A stretch of DNA of 64,000 bases from assembly GCA_043228905.1 (NCBI GenBank), contig JBHGNT010000008.1, positions 18,600,001-18,664,000 on the forward strand, given 5' to 3'. A program made the translations under genes and the position numbers. The stretch is from Azolla caroliniana. Lineage: Eukaryota; Plantae; Polypodiophyta. Positions 59,271 through 64,000 of this stretch are shown here, one piece after another. Below the pieces are notes generated by a model, which saw only the letters and a list, made by a program, of their open reading frames with translations, was not told the DNA's origin and ran no database searches. Each line of letters begins with the position of its first letter. Positions within the stretch are counted from its first letter, which is position 1.

Positions 59271-61685
59271 GAGGTGGTAATACATCTTCCTAGTTTTATG
59301 TCCATATATTTTGCATATGGAACTTTGTTTTTCATAATGAAAAGTAAAAACACTAAGCCATGTCTCACATTATTTCTATTTTTAAGTTGCTAATGGATTC
59401 AGAAGCATAATGTGTTTAAAGTTTATGTAGCATTTAGATTGCATAACACGATGGTAATGTCACCAGACATGAAAATGTATGTTCTTTAGTTGTAAGGTTA
59501 GAGGTTCAAATCTCAATCCATGACTAAATATGCATTAGCTTACATATAAGGTGATAGCTACTAAATTTCTAATAATTTGTAATATTCTTTGTTTGTTTGT
59601 CAAATTTGAAACAAGATGTGTGTATTTCTAGTATTTGTGTTCCTATGTAGGGAATATTAGCTTTGTACTTCCATAACGATTTGCTTCCAACAAAAAGGGT
59701 TGCAATGGTTAAAAGGGGCCTTTATAACACAAGAGTACATGAGATAATTTTCTTGTACAAAATAGACTTAACATTGCCTATTTTGATTCATTTGACGGAT
59801 ATTTTTCTCCCCAATTCAATTGACATGTTACACTTCCCTTACAAATGCACAGATGTACTACTCATGCATCAAAAGTTGTGCTTATATAAAACATGAAGCC
59901 TAATGAGTGGTATGCATCAAACGTTGTAGGTCATCCCTAACTAGATAAGCAAGATTTTATGGGAGATAGCATTGATTGTAAAAACAAGTTCATCATCATG
60001 GTTTCAAACTAATGAGTGCATGCATCAAGATATGTCTCTAATACGCACCGCAAATCAGTCATTGGGACAATACACTAATATTAATGCCAATGTTGGGTGC
60101 GGGTGCAACCTTTGAGATGAGTGTTGTTGGGTTGTGACCATGTACAAGGAATGCACGCTCCTTTGAAAGATATAGAAAAGAGCAAAAGAGAGAGATGGGC
60201 ACCAGATTTTGATTAAAAAACACGAATTTCTTCCCAATCAAAGCTAAAGCATATCAAAATGCTCCTTTACACCTTAATTTCTCGAAAATGTCAACCCTTT
60301 GTGGAATTATGGATGAGTCCTTTATATGCAAACTAAGGGTCCACACATGTAGGGCACATGGTGTCTAGTCATGGGGTTCTGTTACATGACTTTATGTGCC
60401 AAAAGATGGATTGTGACTTAAGCTTAATGTTTGGACAAAATGTGTCAACCATAGAAAAAAGCACCATAGCACGATTTGCGAGTTCTCGAATATCAAAGAA
60501 AAGGAAGGCAAGAAATGTCTTCATTCGTCTTACAATTTCTCATCACCGATACTCTAATATCTTCATTCACCAACACTAAGACCATCACCATCACTATCGC
60601 AAACCAACTGATTGTGCTTGTGGTTACTTCTTCTATCGCTTGGTTTAATTTGTCTCTGGCTCAATGCCCAATATTTATCAAACCAACATCACAGTTCGCT
60701 TTAGTGAAATACGAAGAGAAATCAACATCGATGTTTTAAATAACTTCACATGCCAACACATGTGAATGACATTACCGTCATTATTAAATATAGGGAAACA
60801 TACGAAACCATTTGAGTTTCCTATAGGTCCTATAATGCCACCAATCTCAAATTAACAATTCCCAATAAGATTCAAAGTCTAGCTTTAGTTTAGCTATCAT
60901 CCGAAATGTAGCCTTGTAAGCTTTTTGAGGTCATTACACCCTACTACTTCAAACCTAATAGTGACTGTATACTTATCTATGCATTACTACACGGAAAATT
61001 TGACATCTCAAACTAGATATCTTCATGAATTGTTGCATTTCAAGAAATATGGGAATTTGGTTGTCAAAGTTCAAGTGTTTGATTAGTAACATTTTGTTAT
61101 GAATTCCTTTGTGGGGGAGAGGGTGTCTACACGACATGTCAAGGATCGATGAGAGGAAGCAAGGGAGGGCACAAAGAAGGAGCAAACAATGGGCTCGGTC
61201 CTCGCCAATGCAACAATTGTTGTTGCACCAACAAATCTAGGACGTCATCCACTACCCCAAAGGGAGGAAGAGAACATTATGTTCCCAAAATGCCCTCCAT
61301 AGCCAGTAATTGCTATTAAACAAAAACTCAACTACTCCCCCCAAACTATCAGTACAATTAGAACATGTTTACACAGAAGCACAAGCACACATTTACACAT
61401 AAACACAAATGCGCGCGCGCACACACACACAATTACACATTCATACCCAAATTACCGCTTCACACACGTAAATCATTTAACTCACTCACATACACATCAT
61501 CACACATTCACAAGAATGAGCTCGTGCATTCTCATGCCAACAAAAACATTGCACGTACACATTTACATGCGCATGTGCATGTGCACTTAAAATATATCCA
61601 CGACAATACGCACATATTTGCATGTGCACATACACTTAAATATATCCACAACACACACATACAAAATCACACTCACGATTATAGC

Positions 61686-62524
61686 TAGCGATGGGCATGG
61701 TTCGGTTCAGTTCGGTTTCAAGGCAAAGAAACCGAACCGACCGTTTATACAAAACAAAAACCAAACCAAACCGTTTAAGGAAAAGTTGAAACCAAACCGA
61801 ACCATTTAATAAAAAAATTAAAATCTAACCATTTAAATCAAACTAATTAAACATCAAAATAAACAAAATACATTAAATTAAATAAGCAGTTAAGTTAAAT
61901 TTATTAAATCAATAAAAGAAACTTTAATTGAACCATTAAATTAAAGGGAAAAGTACCTGGATACCCCTGGAAGTTCGTCTATTTATCAGAATGCCCCTAG
62001 AAGTTCCGAATTTACCAAACTATCCCTATGTCCAAAAAATTACACTTTATAAAGTAATTATACACTCAAATCTACAAGCCCTATTTACCAGAGATGGAAG
62101 AAATGGACTTGAACTAGCCCTATTTACCAAAGATTTGAGTGTATAATTACTTTATAAAGTGTAATTTTTTGGACATAGGGGTAGTTTGGTAAATTTGGAA
62201 CTTCTAGGGGCATTCTGGTAAATAGACGAATTTCCAAGGTATCCTTGTACTTTTCCCTAAATTAAATAAACATTTAAGTTAAATTAATTAAATCAATAAA
62301 AAACCATTAATTAAACCATTAAATTAATAAACTATTAAGATAAAAAAAAAGTTAACCAAAAACCTATAAACCTTTAAACCAAACCTATAAACCCGAGTTT
62401 TAGAACCAAACCGAACAGTTTATCGAAAATCCAAACCAAACCAAACCATTAAATTTTTTTTGAACCAATAAACGATGGCTTAACGGTAATAGTTCGGTTC
62501 GAGTCGAAACCATGTCCATTGCTA
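61686..62524. mobile_element. Non-autonomous hAT-type DNA transposon (MITE)
   Basis: TIRs tagcgatgggcatgg / ccatgtccattgcta, 8-bp TSD attatagc, subterminal ccgaa/ggttc repeats. Confidence 0.9.
61946..62257. mobile_element. Mutator-like foldback MITE nested in the hAT MITE
   Basis: ~125-bp TIRs starting gggaaaagtac / ending gtacttttccc; 9-bp TSD taaattaaa. Confidence 0.92.
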
Positions 62525-63049
62525 ATTATAGCCTACAAACTTCAAACACACGCGAACATTCGCACACAATCATAGTGATTGCACTAGTACATTTCCATGA
62601 AAACCCATATCCACTCACGCGATACGTTACATGCATCAGTTACACGTTTTGGCACTTCCAAATTTGAAACACCGTTCCACAAATGTTATACAATGCACCG
62701 TATGCCTCAATGTCAACAGTTTAGCCTTGGGATTCTGACATTGTGGTTTTGAGTAATGGACATGGACGAACAGACGGAAGAAAGAAAGAAAGAAGAAAGA
62801 CGGACGGACGAACTGACTAACTGACGGACGAACTGACGGACGAACTGACTGACGGACGTCACCTCGTGTGCGAGGCACACACACGTGTGTGTGTGTGTGA
62901 GGGCTCACATGCAGGGAGCTTCAGGAGCAGGAGCAGGAGCAGGAGCAGAAGCATGCGGACACAGACAGACAAACAGACAGAGACAGACAGACAGACAGAG
63001 AAGGCCGCGCATGCGAAGCAGAAGAAGTTAAGTATGTAGAGTATGTATG

Positions 63050-63190
63050 TCTTTTGGACATGCTTCTTCTTCTTCTTCTTCTTCTTCTTCTGTCTCTTTC
63101 CCCTCCCTTTTCCATTCCGTTCCCTTTCTGCTGCTATAATCTCACGCCGATCCTTGCCAGGCTGCGTCTCCGATCCATCGTCCTTTGCAG
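63050..63190 (+). other. Probable non-coding first exon (5' UTR) of a host gene continuing beyond the window
   Basis: CT-rich leader, strong donor CAG|GTAAGT at 63190/63191, followed by (CT)n and T-rich intron-like sequence. Confidence 0.55.
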
Positions 63191-64000
63191 GTAAGTACCA
63201 TCCTCTCTCTCTCTCTCTCTCTCTCTCTGTGATTTTGTCGCCGTTTGCGCCACCACTATGCTTTTTCCAAGCTCCCCCTGCCGTTTCTGTTCAACTTTCC
63301 CTTCTTCTGCTGTGATTCGCTCTGCCTCCGAAATCTGATTCCTTAGCATCTGTCTGTATATTCTTCCGCGTAAATGAAAGATGAAAGGAAAGGAAAGGAA
63401 AGGAAAGGAAAGGTAAGGAAAGATGGATCGATCAATCGGAGCTTGTAAGTAATCCAATAGTTTCATGAGCGTCCAATACCTCTCAGACATCTCGGCAGGA
63501 CTCGAGATTACTCCGCGAACTCCCTCTGCTGGTTTCTGCAAGATTTATAGTTTTTTTTTTGTCTCCTCGCTACTTCTTTGGTGTCAAGTTATTTCTTTCT
63601 TTATTCCTTCCAGCATTCAAGCGTTCTATGATCGTGTCTCCAAGATTCATGATTTGTCAGCTTAGTTCTTCAAGGTTGGAGACATCTCAGCTTATGTCTC
63701 GGAGATTTCAAAATTTTCGTTATTTTTTCTATATTCGGGATTTTTTGTGCTTGTTTTCTGCAAGCTTAGGGATTATCTACTCTGTGGTGGCAGATTCAAC
63801 TGATATACGGTATTTAGTAAGCGCAGTTATTCCCAAACAGGAGCATCCAATACGTAATGATCAGTTAATGTCTTTCCGAAATTTTCAATATTTCTTTGCC
63901 TCAGTTGAAAGATTCTAGATTTCCTTCTTCTTTCTATGTAAAGGTCCAAGATATTAGTTTACTTTGTGAGGAAGAAGAAATTAACGTCGAGTATATGACA

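Noticed and set aside
59445-59520. B-box-like gaggttcaaatctc in intergenic DNA (possible SINE)
   Set aside because: No convincing A-box at the proper spacing, and no tail or TSD.
58263-61688. Short ORFs downstream of the ANTH gene
   Set aside because: AT-rich, no motifs and no coherent exon structure.

Overview
Eukaryotic land-plant DNA, probably a fern or other non-seed plant (inferred from the Tcn1-like and fungal-type Gypsy lineages present). Bases 1 to ~54,000 are a nest of LTR retrotransposons, which I resolved by LTRs, PBS/PPT and target-site duplications (TSDs). Left nest: D contains C, which contains A, which contains B; all four belong to a fungal-like Gypsy lineage. An Athila/Tat-like element, a LINE fragment and a decayed Copia follow. 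Right nest: a self-priming Tcn1-like chromovirus (G) contains Copia H. H contains an intact Copia (I), an LTR-LTR remnant (L, itself holding a solo LTR), a captured lectin-receptor fragment and a gag-only element (J), which holds an intact chromovirus (K). The right 10 kb is host DNA: an intronless ANTH/PICALM clathrin-assembly gene, nested hAT and Mutator MITEs, and the 5' end of another gene. Main observations: (1) tRNA-like Pol III A/B-box cassettes placed antisense and upstream of the TATA box in the LTRs of three families from two lineages; (2) a Trp-primed, fungal-like Gypsy lineage with 4-bp CpG-centred TSDs, a -1 frameshift/pseudoknot after the protease and a covarying pre-PPT hairpin; (3) a chromovirus whose 5' leader looks like an intron carrying a periodic array of five stem-loops. 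All coordinates were read by eye and no searches were run.
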